This document shows, piece after piece, positions 48,801-57,972 of a DNA stretch of 64,000 bases. This DNA is from Candidatus Parcubacteria bacterium (GTDB lineage: Bacteria; Patescibacteriota; Minisyncoccia; Phycocordibacterales; UBA918). The notes beneath the pieces are model-generated. The model saw nothing but the letters and a program-made list of their open reading frames with translations. It ran no database searches and had not been told where the DNA came from. Position 1 is the first letter of the stretch. Each line of letters starts with the position of its first letter. A program made the translations under genes and the position numbers. The stretch is taken from NCBI GenBank assembly GCA_046050355.1, contig JBJOPW010000001.1, positions 1-64,000 of the forward strand, in the 5' to 3' direction.

Positions 48801-49028
48801 ACTACGGTCGTGGGTATGATCCCACTCTCACGCATCTCAGACTTCTGGAGTCCACTGGCGTTTGCGATTATGTTTGGACTTTCCTTTGCGATGGTGTTAA
48901 CGCTCGTTCTGATTCCAACCTTGTATTACCGTAACGAACTACGCTTACGTGAAGGTCGCCGAGGGATATTTTTCCGGTTTGGAGCGTGGCTATTCACCCA
49001 GGGTGTACGCTTCTATCGCTGGCTATAA
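45861..49028 (+). CDS. RND efflux permease, AcrB/CzcA family
   Basis: YPGAS, GILVDSGIVVTE, SRLRPIFLTT. Confidence 0.95.
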   Translation: MHNLWFFFLRKQEFSWLVILTLIALGVYALIAIPKEASPEVIVPVGIVTTVYPGASARDIEELITNRLEDAIENVDDIKEITSTSRDGVSSITAEFNASANIDDSIQALKDAIDTAKAELPRDAEDPIVSEVNFADQPIFVISISSDATPADFTTLSETLTDEFKDVLGVSKVDVQGVRPRQVQVVIPPERLTAFGVTLNDVTGALAQSNNGFPVGAITAGGVEYSVRLEGKLLTPKDVENVIVTTKAGTPVYLSDVATVVETVDEASSLARVSVGGQPSELAMTISIYKKSGVNVTTMSDAVNEKLAAMRAEGGLLASSQVLVIFDQGEDTKEQLNELVKAGAETVVLVMISLLLTIGWRESVVAGLSIPLSFVIAFIGLYASGNTINFLSLFALILAVGILVDSGIVVTEAIHTRLKRTGNPLKAAQETIREYAWPLIAGTMTTVAVFAPLFFLSGIVGQFIASIPFTIIFVLIASIIVALGMVPLIAILFTSSKAPNRFEVMQEHYTELAQAWYRAHLVTFLQNFRAQRWFLWSLFGGFLLALLLPISGLLSVIFFPPEDVDFIYIDIEAKEGTPLAVTNVAVRQVEELLYEVPEIESFSSAAGGGSAFTGSGAADARYGNVTVALNKERERSSAEISTDLRAKLATIKDVTVAITEQQNGPPTGAPISFTFTGDDMNALAKAAEDTSLLLENEKGVRDVTSSADSSSAEFVLRIDNAKASLLGVNSASVGPVLRAAVYGLTATTLRRDGDDIDVVVRLGNPDEILSWSTTPEITLDTLRNIQVQTMTGETVLLGSLLTDDYTPANSAINHKAKERIVTVDAFTAGDVTATEIVAAITPQVQAIAKNNGVTLSLGGEAEDINQSFTEMFLALIAGLLLMLAILVLSFNSVRYSFYLLLAVPYSLIGVFVGLAATGLALSFTSLLGVIALAGVIINHAIILMDSLITAKASHGTTGSLIDQVADASVSRLRPIFLTTITTVVGMIPLSRISDFWSPLAFAIMFGLSFAMVLTLVLIPTLYYRNELRLREGRRGIFFRFGAWLFTQGVRFYRWL

Positions 49029-49038
49029 ATAACCTCCA

Positions 49039-49079
49039 TAACAAAACCACCGCCACTGTAACGTGGCGGTGGTTTTGTT
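49039..49079. terminator. Bidirectional terminator
   Basis: AACAAAACCACCGCCAC..GTGGCGGTGGTTTTGTT between convergent genes. Confidence 0.75.
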
Positions 49080-49092
49080 ATGGAGTGAAGGC

Positions 49093-49635
49093 CTACGTAT
49101 TGGCTACACTAGGAGCAGGCACCACCTCCTTTTTGCGGGCATTGAGTAGGGCCATAATGCCGTTCACGAGACCAACAGCTAAGCACAAAATTGCCAGGTA
49201 CCCAAGCACAAATTGTCCGTAAGTAAAGGTAGTAAGCTGTAGTGGTATGAGTGCAGCGATCGTCCCGAGAGTATACCAACTTCCCGCTTGAAGACCTGGA
49301 CCAAAGGTACTTGGCATAATCCGGAGTGTCATCAAGATGGCATTGCTATACAAAACCAAAATAACTGTCCACTGCGCAAAAAGTATCGGATTTAGTGCGG
49401 CTGCACCGAGTTGATAAGTTTTGTAGGCGGTGAGCAAGGTGAGGGTAAAAAAGAGCAACACCATAGCTACTCGCAGCACCACATATACGACTGACATCAT
49501 CTTTCGTTCTGTAATATCGATTGATCCATCAGCGATAGCCACAAAAAAATTAGTAATAGCTAACGTTGATGCCCCAACTCCAAGTGAAGTGGCAAAACTA
49601 AAAATAATCGCAACAAAAAGCATTATAAGTTCCAT
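49093..49635 (-). CDS. Hypothetical integral membrane protein
   Basis: About 5 TM helices. Confidence 0.75.
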   Translation of the reverse strand: MELIMLFVAIIFSFATSLGVGASTLAITNFFVAIADGSIDITERKMMSVVYVVLRVAMVLLFFTLTLLTAYKTYQLGAAALNPILFAQWTVILVLYSNAILMTLRIMPSTFGPGLQAGSWYTLGTIAALIPLQLTTFTYGQFVLGYLAILCLAVGLVNGIMALLNARKKEVVPAPSVANT

Positions 49636-49727
49636 ATAAGCGTATAGTAACACCATTGTTTGCTGAGTTTGACCGGGGATGTTAATTAACTATACATGCA
49701 CCATGAGCATGGTACGATCGCCACCGT

Positions 49728-50495
49728 CTAGAATGCTTGTTCTGACCAATTGAGTGAATGGACAGCCACACCTGTTTCAGTCATCGTTCCTTTAACTTCT
49801 GCGTAGGCAGCTTCTTTGAATGTTGTTTCGTCGCAGGTGGTAGTGACACCGGCGATCTGGCAGGTGCTTGAAGCTGTTACGAGCAGTGGTACAACGTGCC
49901 CACGGGTACCATTTTCAGTAAATACCAAATGCCATTTTGTATTATCAAACGGAGCCGGTACATTCTTCAACAGTTGTCCTTTGGTATCAAAACTAAACTC
50001 CCGTGCCTCGAGCACGTCACCCGTAGAGCAATTGATGGCAGTGATCACCCAGTCCTGTCCTACCACTTCCATAGTCACCACGGCATACCCACTTGGTGTA
50101 CCAGTGGCAAATTTTGACATCACCATGAGCTCTACTTCAGTCGGGAGTTTGTGCACGTATTTCATTCTCAATTTATCGGGCGTTGCACTCTGACAAAGCA
50201 GTGGATCAGAGGCTCCTCCGGTGTTGAGGTCAGCAATAAGCTTGTCTTTTACGGTGCTGGTGAGTATCGTTTGGCTAAGGAGAATATTATCTGGTTTAAC
50301 TTTACCATTGGTCTTGGTTTCTTCGAGCCAGGCGTTATAAAAGTCAAAAGCAACATCTAATGCATCGGGAAGTTCACGAACCTGATCGTTCTTAACGGTC
50401 AGTGATGTGCTGTACCACAAGAGTGAACAGAGCGCCAAAAGTCCCAAGACAAAGCCTGCATAAATAATATACTGCCGTTTGTTTACTGTTTGCAT
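49728..50495 (-). CDS. Membrane-anchored secreted protein with Cys pairs
   Basis: N-terminal TM; DPLLCSQ-like, AINC and TCQ..TC motifs. Confidence 0.72.
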   Translation of the reverse strand: MQTVNKRQYIIYAGFVLGLLALCSLLWYSTSLTVKNDQVRELPDALDVAFDFYNAWLEETKTNGKVKPDNILLSQTILTSTVKDKLIADLNTGGASDPLLCQSATPDKLRMKYVHKLPTEVELMVMSKFATGTPSGYAVVTMEVVGQDWVITAINCSTGDVLEAREFSFDTKGQLLKNVPAPFDNTKWHLVFTENGTRGHVVPLLVTASSTCQIAGVTTTCDETTFKEAAYAEVKGTMTETGVAVHSLNWSEQAF

Positions 50496-50634
50496 AAGAT
50501 TACTAGTATATCAGGTGATGACGAGGACGCTTGCATTTACTTACTAGTAGTTCTGTGGTCAGTGTGGCTACAATTTGAAGGACCGCTTTGTCCATAGGCC
50601 AAGCATAAAAACCGGTACATGGTATACTCTAAAA

Positions 50635-51639
50635 ATGTCACCGAAACAGAATTGGAGCACAAAGAACACTGAATTTCGAGGTAATGGAAAAAATATTCCG
50701 CTGCATAGGTACGTGCTTCTGGCTGTGCTTATGTCTACGTTCATGATTGTTTGGCACTATGTTAAGTTAATTCACTCAACCGACCCAAATTCAGACAATG
50801 AATACTTTGCTGTGCCAAATACTGAACAACAAAGTCAGTTCGCATACTCAACAACAAGTAATTCAATCTATCGATCAAATGCACCTCAAAGTAACTTCCA
50901 AAAAGTTAGCGGTACGCTTATGTGCGGTAGTGAGGTTGTGTCTAATGACCCGTCATTAGAGCTGACAGATTGTTCATTCTTGAAAAATCGCGAAATTAGA
51001 TTGTACTGCCCTGGTTCATATCGCGATGACAATCGGCTATATATTGCACCATCCGAGTCTTGTTTGGGCTGGTTTTCAATTGATGTTAACTCAATTAAAA
51101 CTCTGTCATCATTGTACTTTGCTGATCGTGATAATGTATACACTGCAATAAATGGCATTGACACTAATGTGATTAAAATTGTATCAACTGAACCTGAAAC
51201 ATTTAAAGTTTTAAGTGTTGGGTTTGCAAGTGCAAGCGACAAGTTGCTCTTTGCCTATAATCTGATGGGACGAAGCAGCTCTCCTGTTATCCCTGATGCA
51301 GACCCAAGCACCTTTTCAATCATAAATAGTTACTACGCAAAGGATAGTAAACAGGTATATTTTATCCGACCTCCGAAACATGAAGGATTTCCTGAAGTAA
51401 CTGTTGCTAGTGCTATAGATGCTCAAACCGCGTCAATACTCTCTACTGAGTGGCCTGAATTAATAGCCGATGACACAAGTGTCTATCTCTACGGCCTCGC
51501 CGAGCAAGGTATTGATGCGCGTACATTTAGAATTTCATCAACTACAGGAGATGTTGCAATTGCAACAGATAACCTGCGAGAATACTTCATTAAACGAAGT
51601 GGTGACGACACAAGGCTCGTTCAAATCACTGTACGTTAA
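50635..51639 (+). CDS. DKNYY-repeat surface protein
   Basis: YFADRDNVY, ADPSTFSII, YYAKDSKQVYF, IDARTFRI; single TM; AT-rich. Confidence 0.72.
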   Translation: MSPKQNWSTKNTEFRGNGKNIPLHRYVLLAVLMSTFMIVWHYVKLIHSTDPNSDNEYFAVPNTEQQSQFAYSTTSNSIYRSNAPQSNFQKVSGTLMCGSEVVSNDPSLELTDCSFLKNREIRLYCPGSYRDDNRLYIAPSESCLGWFSIDVNSIKTLSSLYFADRDNVYTAINGIDTNVIKIVSTEPETFKVLSVGFASASDKLLFAYNLMGRSSSPVIPDADPSTFSIINSYYAKDSKQVYFIRPPKHEGFPEVTVASAIDAQTASILSTEWPELIADDTSVYLYGLAEQGIDARTFRISSTTGDVAIATDNLREYFIKRSGDDTRLVQITVR

Positions 51640-51851
51640 GGAAAAACACTAGCTACCTTTTCTTCGCAAATAGAAACAAGGAAATATATAATATTGATCT
51701 TCAACTACAAGGATCGTTTCTTATATAGCCAGTACAATGTGTAACGTAAACGAATCGGTTACCAGTCACTTAGTACATTTGTTCGCTTCGCTCCAAATAT
51801 AATAAGTTAAGTGTTGATGACTCGTAAGAAGCAAGATTGATTGTTTCTCAC

Positions 51852-52109
51852 TACTGGTCCTTACAGGACCAGTACACCTTGTGGTTATAATTATTTCGCT
51901 ACGCTTATAATCTAACTCACAAGGTCTTCGATTCCCCCGTAACGGAATCGGTCACGCTCATGGGTTTTCATTCGCTTTGCTCATAAAACCTCATTCGCCC
52001 GACCCGGACTGTTCCGGCCCTAAAGGGGACCACGGAACAGTCTTTCGATTCCCCTAAGGTCTCACAATGACAACGACCGCAATGCATGCGCATTGCGGTC
52101 GGTCATATG
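51852..52109. other. Structured element at the 3' end of tRNA-Ala(GGC)
   Basis: Inverted copy of the tRNA 3' end at 52044-52066; TCGC-n-GCT hairpin modules; motif shared with 59276-59307. Confidence 0.65.
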
Positions 52110-52182
52110 TGGACCTTAGGGGAATCGAACCCCTCACCTCTTCCATGCCATGGAAGCGCTCTACCAAATGAGCTAAAGGCCC
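52110..52182 (-). tRNA. tRNA-Ala(GGC)
   Basis: GGGCCTTTAGCTCA..CTTCC-ATGGCAT-GGAAG..GGTTCGATTCC..AAGGTCCA; G3:U70. Confidence 0.97.
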
Positions 52183-52220
52183 GGTGCGTACGATTCTATC
52201 ATGAAAAATAATGCGAGCAA

Positions 52221-53261
52221 CTAGAGAATCAGCATCGCATCGCCAAAGGAATAAAACCGATAGTGTTCCCTGATGGCTTCTTCGTAGAGCTCGACGATAT
52301 GTCGCCGGCCACCCTTATGCTCGATATACGCCTGTACGAGACACATAAGTGACGAACGCGGTACATGGAAGTTCGTCATGAGGATATCTGGATACGTAAA
52401 GGCATACGGCGGATAGATAAAGAGGTCTGCCGCACCGACTGTTCCCTGTCCTGCTGCCACACTTTCTTTGCTACTCTCGAGTGTGCGCACCACCGTGGTA
52501 CCTACTGCCATGATTGGTCTCCCTGTGTCTCGCGCTCTCTTGATGCGCTCTGCAGTAGTGTCTGGCACGACGTAATATTCTTCGTGCAGTTTCTTATTTT
52601 GGAAATTCTCGGCAAATATTGGTGCAAAGGTACCAAGTCCGGCCTGGAGGGTAACCGGATCGATTGAAACTCCATTTGCTTTGAGAGTAGCTATTAGTTC
52701 CGGGGTGAAGTGGAGCGACGCTGTTGGTGCGGCGACTGATGGTGCGGCTGCTGCAAATACTGTCTGGTAGTCCGTTCGCTTCAGGGACTCCTCGGCGCTA
52801 CTCTTGATATATGGCGGCAGTGGTGTCTCGCCATGGGCAAGGAGGAGAGCATGGAGGAGTTCTTCCTTACCTTCAAACTTGAGCACCATACTCTTTTCAC
52901 GGTTATCTACTACCGTGAAGTACGTATCAAACACTTCAATTGTCTCTCCGACCGCGACGCCACGATTCACGAGTGCTCGCACGGCACCATCGGGATTTAT
53001 CCCCTGGTCGACGAGGATGAGGAGTTCTATTGGTGAACCATCATAGACACCCTGTAGCCGAGCAGGTAGTACCTTGGTATCGTTCACTATTATCGCTGCT
53101 CCAGCGACAAACTGTGGCAAGTCGCTAACCCGAGCGTGCGTCACGGTATCGTGCTTCGTATCGTAGACTAACAACCGTGCACTATCACGTGGTGTGGCTG
53201 GTGCGTGCGCAATCAGATCTGTCGGAATCTCGTAGGCAAATTGATCGAGAATAGTTTCCAT
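52221..53261 (-). CDS. queA: S-adenosylmethionine:tRNA ribosyltransferase-isomerase
   Basis: PLPPYI, YQTVFA, VAAPTA, AVGTT, TNFH, FYSFGDAMLI. Confidence 0.96.
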   Translation of the reverse strand: METILDQFAYEIPTDLIAHAPATPRDSARLLVYDTKHDTVTHARVSDLPQFVAGAAIIVNDTKVLPARLQGVYDGSPIELLILVDQGINPDGAVRALVNRGVAVGETIEVFDTYFTVVDNREKSMVLKFEGKEELLHALLLAHGETPLPPYIKSSAEESLKRTDYQTVFAAAAPSVAAPTASLHFTPELIATLKANGVSIDPVTLQAGLGTFAPIFAENFQNKKLHEEYYVVPDTTAERIKRARDTGRPIMAVGTTVVRTLESSKESVAAGQGTVGAADLFIYPPYAFTYPDILMTNFHVPRSSLMCLVQAYIEHKGGRRHIVELYEEAIREHYRFYSFGDAMLIL

Positions 53262-53282
53262 AGGTGTCTCTCGCGACGCCTA

Positions 53283-53717
53283 TTATAAATCATTATCACG
53301 CTGGTGGGTGATTTCACTGAGGTTAGCGATGAGGTCGTCGTAACCTTCACGTGCTGTCGCTGCATCACGCGCGGTGAGTCGGGCATCTTCTTCAATATAG
53401 CCAACAAAGGCTGGACTCGCCACCACATCAAGCGCGGTCTTTAGTCCCCCTTCAATGTGAGCGCGGCGGTCAGACAGCTGGCGAAGGTAGGTTGAGAGGT
53501 CGTAGCGCACTGCCTCGATATTGGCAAGGATGTCACTCGCTTCCTCTGCTTCCTCGTCTTCACTCGTTACCGATTCCAAATTGGCCTCTGCCTGGCGCAA
53601 AAAGCGCTCTACAGCGATCAATCGCACCGCCAGACGCTCTTCTTCACGCTTCAGTGCTTGGAGCTGCTTTTGGGCAGATTCCTGGCTGTTTTTGAGGGTA
53701 ATAAGGAGTTGTTCCAT
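53283..53717 (-). CDS. Coiled-coil hypothetical protein
   Basis: 144-aa helical acidic ORF. Confidence 0.7.
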   Translation of the reverse strand: MEQLLITLKNSQESAQKQLQALKREEERLAVRLIAVERFLRQAEANLESVTSEDEEAEEASDILANIEAVRYDLSTYLRQLSDRRAHIEGGLKTALDVVASPAFVGYIEEDARLTARDAATAREGYDDLIANLSEITHQRDNDL

Positions 53718-53944
53718 AACCGTATACTACCACTATCAGTCAGGGGGACAACTTGACAGAGTGTCTATTTCAGTCGAGTTTACATGCAAAAAGGCCTTTT
53801 CAAGCTATTGACATCTCCCACTTTTATTTTGCTATACAGTATTTTCACACCCGACAAAGCAGGAGGAAAATTGAGTTGTGTTTTTGAAAAGTTATTGTGT
53901 GGTATAGATAGACATCGTCATCCCTTTACCAATTTGTTTCAAGT

Positions 53945-53977
53945 GAAAAGCGCCCAGGGTAAGCCATGGGCGCTTTC
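53945..53977 (-). terminator. Terminator after the 26-aa ORF
   Basis: AAAGCGCCCA..TGGGCGCTTT, ending in TTTT on minus. Confidence 0.65.
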
Positions 53978-54000
53978 AGGCGGGTTAATTCCCGCAGGCA

Positions 54001-54081
54001 CTAGTTACTGTTTGCTTCGATACAAGCAGCACGGGTCGTGTGAATGAACCCGTATTTGTCGACATAATATGTCTTTTGCAT
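54001..54081 (-). CDS. 26-aa peptide (not in ORF track)
   Basis: MQKTYYVDKYGFIHTTRAACIEANSN; GAGGAG SD; own promoter TTGCAA-17-TTTACT (54193-54165) and terminator. Confidence 0.55.
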   Translation of the reverse strand: MQKTYYVDKYGFIHTTRAACIEANSN

Positions 54082-54203
54082 GTGTGTACTCCTCTGGTTA
54101 AAAAACGTAGTTCCCAGAGGCTCTTCAAATCTTTACATCGTATAAAGTAAGCCTCTGTAGAGGCAGTAAACCACAGGATTATTGATTTTGCAATTGCCAG
54201 AAA

Positions 54204-54500
54204 TCAGCTTTTAATTTTATTTCGGATTTGTGCAATCACGAGACCCAACCCCATAGCCATTAACGAAAATATAATCATTGCTGTATATGGATTACTAAAT
54301 ACATCTTGCGGCATTATATTGATTTTAGTGAGAGCTGTGTATGTCAGCGCTACAAATGCAAAACCCCAAAAGAAAGATTGGATAATGTGACCAAATTCAC
54401 TTTTAAATTCAAACCCACCTACGGCTAAAAGAAAGTACCCTGGAATAGAAAAAAGTACTAGATGCAAAATCTCAAGATTTTCTAAGTTGAACATTTCCAT
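54204..54500 (-). CDS. Small 3-TM membrane protein, last gene of the defence operon
   Basis: LFSIPGY; starts 1 nt after the nuclease stop. Confidence 0.65.
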   Translation of the reverse strand: MEMFNLENLEILHLVLFSIPGYFLLAVGGFEFKSEFGHIIQSFFWGFAFVALTYTALTKINIMPQDVFSNPYTAMIIFSLMAMGLGLVIAQIRNKIKS

Positions 54501-54501
54501 A

Positions 54502-55671
54502 TTATTTATTACCTTTCGCAATATTATGTGGTCTACATAGCATCTGACAGTTCTTAATATCAGTTGGCCCATTTTTGCTCCAGGCAGTTACATGATCAGC
54601 ATCCATTTCTTTGAGCTGCCAAATTTTGTCTTTGTTTACATCATGACCAACTGCGCAAAGTGGACAGTTTGAGATTCCTGTCTTCTTCGCATCAGCAGTT
54701 TGCGCTTCATATACAACGCGTTTTGTTGATTCCTCAAAGACTCGTAGTTCAAGCAATTTTGCATCCACTTCCCCGCCGAGGACATATTCAAAGATGCCGG
54801 ATCGTTTTTTTACGAAACCATCAGCATAGAGTCGTTTAACTGCAGCAGACACAGCTATAGGATCGTATTTGGTCTTGTGGTATGTCTTATACAGGCGGTG
54901 CCACTCGAGACCTTTCATTTCATTTTCAACGTCTGTAAACGTGGTCGAAATCCAATCAATTACCTTATTGAAATGCTTTTTTAGTTCGGTGATCTCAGTA
55001 TCGTGACGATGGAGACTCATGTAGTTGTCTATTGCTCCATCAGACACCCAATCTAGAGTAGTTTCGAGGTATGCTTGACGTTTGATGTCTCCCTTTAGAT
55101 ACGCACTCCATTTCTGTACGTTCGCATTTTGACTGTTGCTAAACTCACTGCGTGCGAGCGTGACAAACGGACCGGAATACACCGCGTTAAGGATCTCTTG
55201 CTGTGTAAGTGGTACACCCGATATATTAATAGTGCGGAACCAGTCTTTGATCTCTGGTTCATCTCCTTCGCAGATATAGATATGGAGCTTTGTTTTGAGA
55301 ATTTGCTCCCGTTGACTACTAGCCATACCACTATAGTATTGCTCGTGACCATTTTTATCTTTCACTGCAAATTTGCCTGTGACAAAACGACCGATACTTG
55401 TGATGCGCTGTTGACCATCAAGTACGTCAAAGGTGTCTTTGCCAGTTTTGTTGAAATAGAACAGACCAATTGGATAGCCTTTCAGTAGAGATTCGATGAC
55501 TAAAATTTCTCGTTTACCTCCATCTTCTGCATATATGTAGTTGCGTTGATACTCAGGCTGTATGGTTAGCTTCCCAGATAAGCCAAAGAGGCCCTTACCT
55601 TCAAGTTCACTGTATTCAAATCCTTCGCTGATTTCGCGAATGGTAATGTCACTTCGTAAAAGGGTTTTCAT
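54502..55671 (-). CDS. DUF262 (ParB/GmrS-like) + HNH endonuclease
   Basis: QPEYQRNY, LDGQQR, FRTIN; CPLC..DADH..GPT..NCQMLC..HN. Confidence 0.9.
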   Translation of the reverse strand: MKTLLRSDITIREISEGFEYSELEGKGLFGLSGKLTIQPEYQRNYIYAEDGGKREILVIESLLKGYPIGLFYFNKTGKDTFDVLDGQQRITSIGRFVTGKFAVKDKNGHEQYYSGMASSQREQILKTKLHIYICEGDEPEIKDWFRTINISGVPLTQQEILNAVYSGPFVTLARSEFSNSQNANVQKWSAYLKGDIKRQAYLETTLDWVSDGAIDNYMSLHRHDTEITELKKHFNKVIDWISTTFTDVENEMKGLEWHRLYKTYHKTKYDPIAVSAAVKRLYADGFVKKRSGIFEYVLGGEVDAKLLELRVFEESTKRVVYEAQTADAKKTGISNCPLCAVGHDVNKDKIWQLKEMDADHVTAWSKNGPTDIKNCQMLCRPHNIAKGNK

Positions 55672-55673
55672 AT

Positions 55674-56867
55674 TTACTTTTGTTTGTGTTTTATTAAGAC
55701 TCTTTGGTATACCTTTTCACGTAAGCCATTTTTTACTAATACACCACTTGCATTTAAATCGTATGTTCCAGGTTTTCCAAATTTGTCATAATACGCTTGT
55801 TTACACTCTGTAGATGTATATATTTTTGTTTTTTGTTTATATAAATCTTCATTTTCACACATCCCAACAATTTCAAATTGTTCTGGGGAATACTTGTCTA
55901 AAAAACTAATCGGAACACCCATTACACCATTGTAATCACTCGGTATTGCGCTCGTAAATGAAACTTCAAGTGCATCATAATTTTCATATTTATCATACGT
56001 ACTTTTACCCTGCAATTTTTTGTTGAATTTTAAATTGTCAGCAATAGTCATTAATGATAAAGGTCTATGTCTACGACCATGATCTAGATTAGTAAACCAA
56101 CATGAATTTCCTAATCGCGTATAGTCACCTATATATCCAAGTCTAGCGGCCTTTTCTTTGTCTTCTTTTGCAATGTCTGCACCATTAGGTACTGCAAACA
56201 CCATGTCGCTACCATTTCCAGTTGCGCCTAACCAAAGTTGATTTGCCTTAATTAAAGAAAAAATTTCTTTATATGTTATTGCGTTCATATTGCCAATAAT
56301 AAGAACCTTTTTTTTATTCACAAAAAGTTGTGATACATACTCTCGAAACAAACTAAAAGGAGGATTGGTTACTACAATATCTGATTGTTTCAGTAACTCT
56401 ACACATTCTGGACTACGAAAGTCACCGTCACCTTCCAATGGTGTCCATTCATTGTTCTTATTAGCTTTGAGTTGCTTCGCGATATCAGCGAGTGTAAAAG
56501 ACCCATCACCATCAACATCGCCTACTTCGTTGATGATGAATTTGTTGGCTGTGATTTTTGGGCGACCTTTTACTGGTTCAAGGGTGAGATCATCACCAAA
56601 AAGTCCTATCTGGGTATTTGCAACCGGCGATGGTTTGTAACTTGTCGTAATAAGTGACTTAAGTCCAAGACGTTTGAAATTGAGAACAAAGTATCTGAAA
56701 AAATTGCTTTCAAATGGGTCATCGCAGTTGCAATAGACTACTTTATCTTTGAAAGTGTTTTTGTCGTATTCGAGATAGGACTCAACTTCTTTTTGAATAT
56801 CAGAAAACTGCGTATAGAACTCGTCGTTCTTTGCCTTTTTTGCCGCAGTGAGATTCTTATTTGCCAT
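55674..56867 (-). CDS. Adenine-specific DNA methyltransferase, EcoRI-methylase family
   Basis: KNDEFYT, VYCNCDDP, GDFRS, VTNPPFSLFREY, WFTNL, MGVPISFLDKY. Confidence 0.92.
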   Translation of the reverse strand: MANKNLTAAKKAKNDEFYTQFSDIQKEVESYLEYDKNTFKDKVVYCNCDDPFESNFFRYFVLNFKRLGLKSLITTSYKPSPVANTQIGLFGDDLTLEPVKGRPKITANKFIINEVGDVDGDGSFTLADIAKQLKANKNNEWTPLEGDGDFRSPECVELLKQSDIVVTNPPFSLFREYVSQLFVNKKKVLIIGNMNAITYKEIFSLIKANQLWLGATGNGSDMVFAVPNGADIAKEDKEKAARLGYIGDYTRLGNSCWFTNLDHGRRHRPLSLMTIADNLKFNKKLQGKSTYDKYENYDALEVSFTSAIPSDYNGVMGVPISFLDKYSPEQFEIVGMCENEDLYKQKTKIYTSTECKQAYYDKFGKPGTYDLNASGVLVKNGLREKVYQRVLIKHKQK

Positions 56868-56868
56868 A

Positions 56869-57261
56869 CTATAGTATATTACTATATTCTGGATAATGCT
56901 CGGTGATGAGCTTTTGCCAAGCGGCAGTTTCATTCTTACTTGCGAGATCGGTCTTGCTATATACAAGCAAGACCGATACTCGATGTTCTTCAGTGTGCCA
57001 GGCTACAATGGTGCGGTTGCCTGATGTTTTAGCAGATTCTTTGGTACCAACGACGCGGAATTGCGTTTTGATAATTTTTATAGTTTCAGTTTCTGAAATA
57101 ATTGTTGCCTTATCTGTCTGTAGTAATGCTTCAATACGCGTCAACTCGGCTATGATAGCGTCGAGTGTTACATCCCAGTGATGTTTGTATTTTTTAGCAA
57201 ATGACTTGAGAAAATGGCTCGTTGCAAAGTCTTCTATCACTACTACAGCATTGCCAGACAT
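56869..57261 (-). CDS. Putative RelE-like toxin
   Basis: FLKSFAKKY..SGNRTIV..LLVYSKTD; directly downstream of the Panacea antitoxin. Confidence 0.65.
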   Translation of the reverse strand: MSGNAVVVIEDFATSHFLKSFAKKYKHHWDVTLDAIIAELTRIEALLQTDKATIISETETIKIIKTQFRVVGTKESAKTSGNRTIVAWHTEEHRVSVLLVYSKTDLASKNETAAWQKLITEHYPEYSNIL

Positions 57262-57273
57262 ACCTAACCGTTG

Positions 57274-57972
57274 TTAGAACACTTTATCAGGGTCTTCTTG
57301 GGTAATAAGAGCGTATGGTATAAGCTCATCAATTTTGCATATCGTATACGGTAGTTGGTTGTGAGTGAAATTGACGATATCAATAGTCTTTTTATCTTTC
57401 CATTTTGTACCGATTTTTTTCATCAGTTTTACTTCGTCAGAACTGAGTGTAGATATCTTCTCATTAGTGTTTGATTCTGATTCACTAATAAGGAACATCG
57501 TACGACCTTTGTCGTCGGTCTTTCGATCAATGAGAATTTTTCCGGCATCTTCTAATTCGTCGATGGCACGGAAAAAAGCATCCGGCACTGGGCCATGTTC
57601 GATCTTGCGATACTGCATGCCACTCATGCTACTCATGGTATCGTAAAACCATGCAAAGTCAGCTAGGTAGAGTAACTTTGCTAGTTTGGTCTTCGGAATT
57701 TTGCTGTCAGGAGAAAGATTCATTCGCAAGTACGTCAGTATCATATGCTTGTACTTTTGGATATTGGGAATATTTCCTGATAGCAAGTCATCGACGCTCA
57801 GTGCGTACAGATTAGCTAGTTTCTTCACTTCGTCAGTATCGAGTTTTTGTTTGCCTGATTCAACAGCAGCGTAGGTTGGGCGAGAGACACTGATGGCATT
57901 TGCGACTTCTTCTTGTGACAGCTTATTTTTAATACGCAAATCTTTGAGAATCCTCTGCATATACATGGTCAT
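57274..57972 (-). CDS. Xre HTH + Panacea (DUF4065/SocA-like) antitoxin
   Basis: LSQEEVA..VSRPTYAAVESG; KTKLAKLLYLADF, HGPVP, FTH..PY. Confidence 0.88.
   Translation of the reverse strand: MTMYMQRILKDLRIKNKLSQEEVANAISVSRPTYAAVESGKQKLDTDEVKKLANLYALSVDDLLSGNIPNIQKYKHMILTYLRMNLSPDSKIPKTKLAKLLYLADFAWFYDTMSSMSGMQYRKIEHGPVPDAFFRAIDELEDAGKILIDRKTDDKGRTMFLISESESNTNEKISTLSSDEVKLMKKIGTKWKDKKTIDIVNFTHNQLPYTICKIDELIPYALITQEDPDKVF

Noticed and set aside
53784-54047. 87-aa plus-strand ORF
   Set aside because: Crosses a terminator hairpin and has no SD; the minus-strand 26-aa ORF has promoter, SD and terminator support
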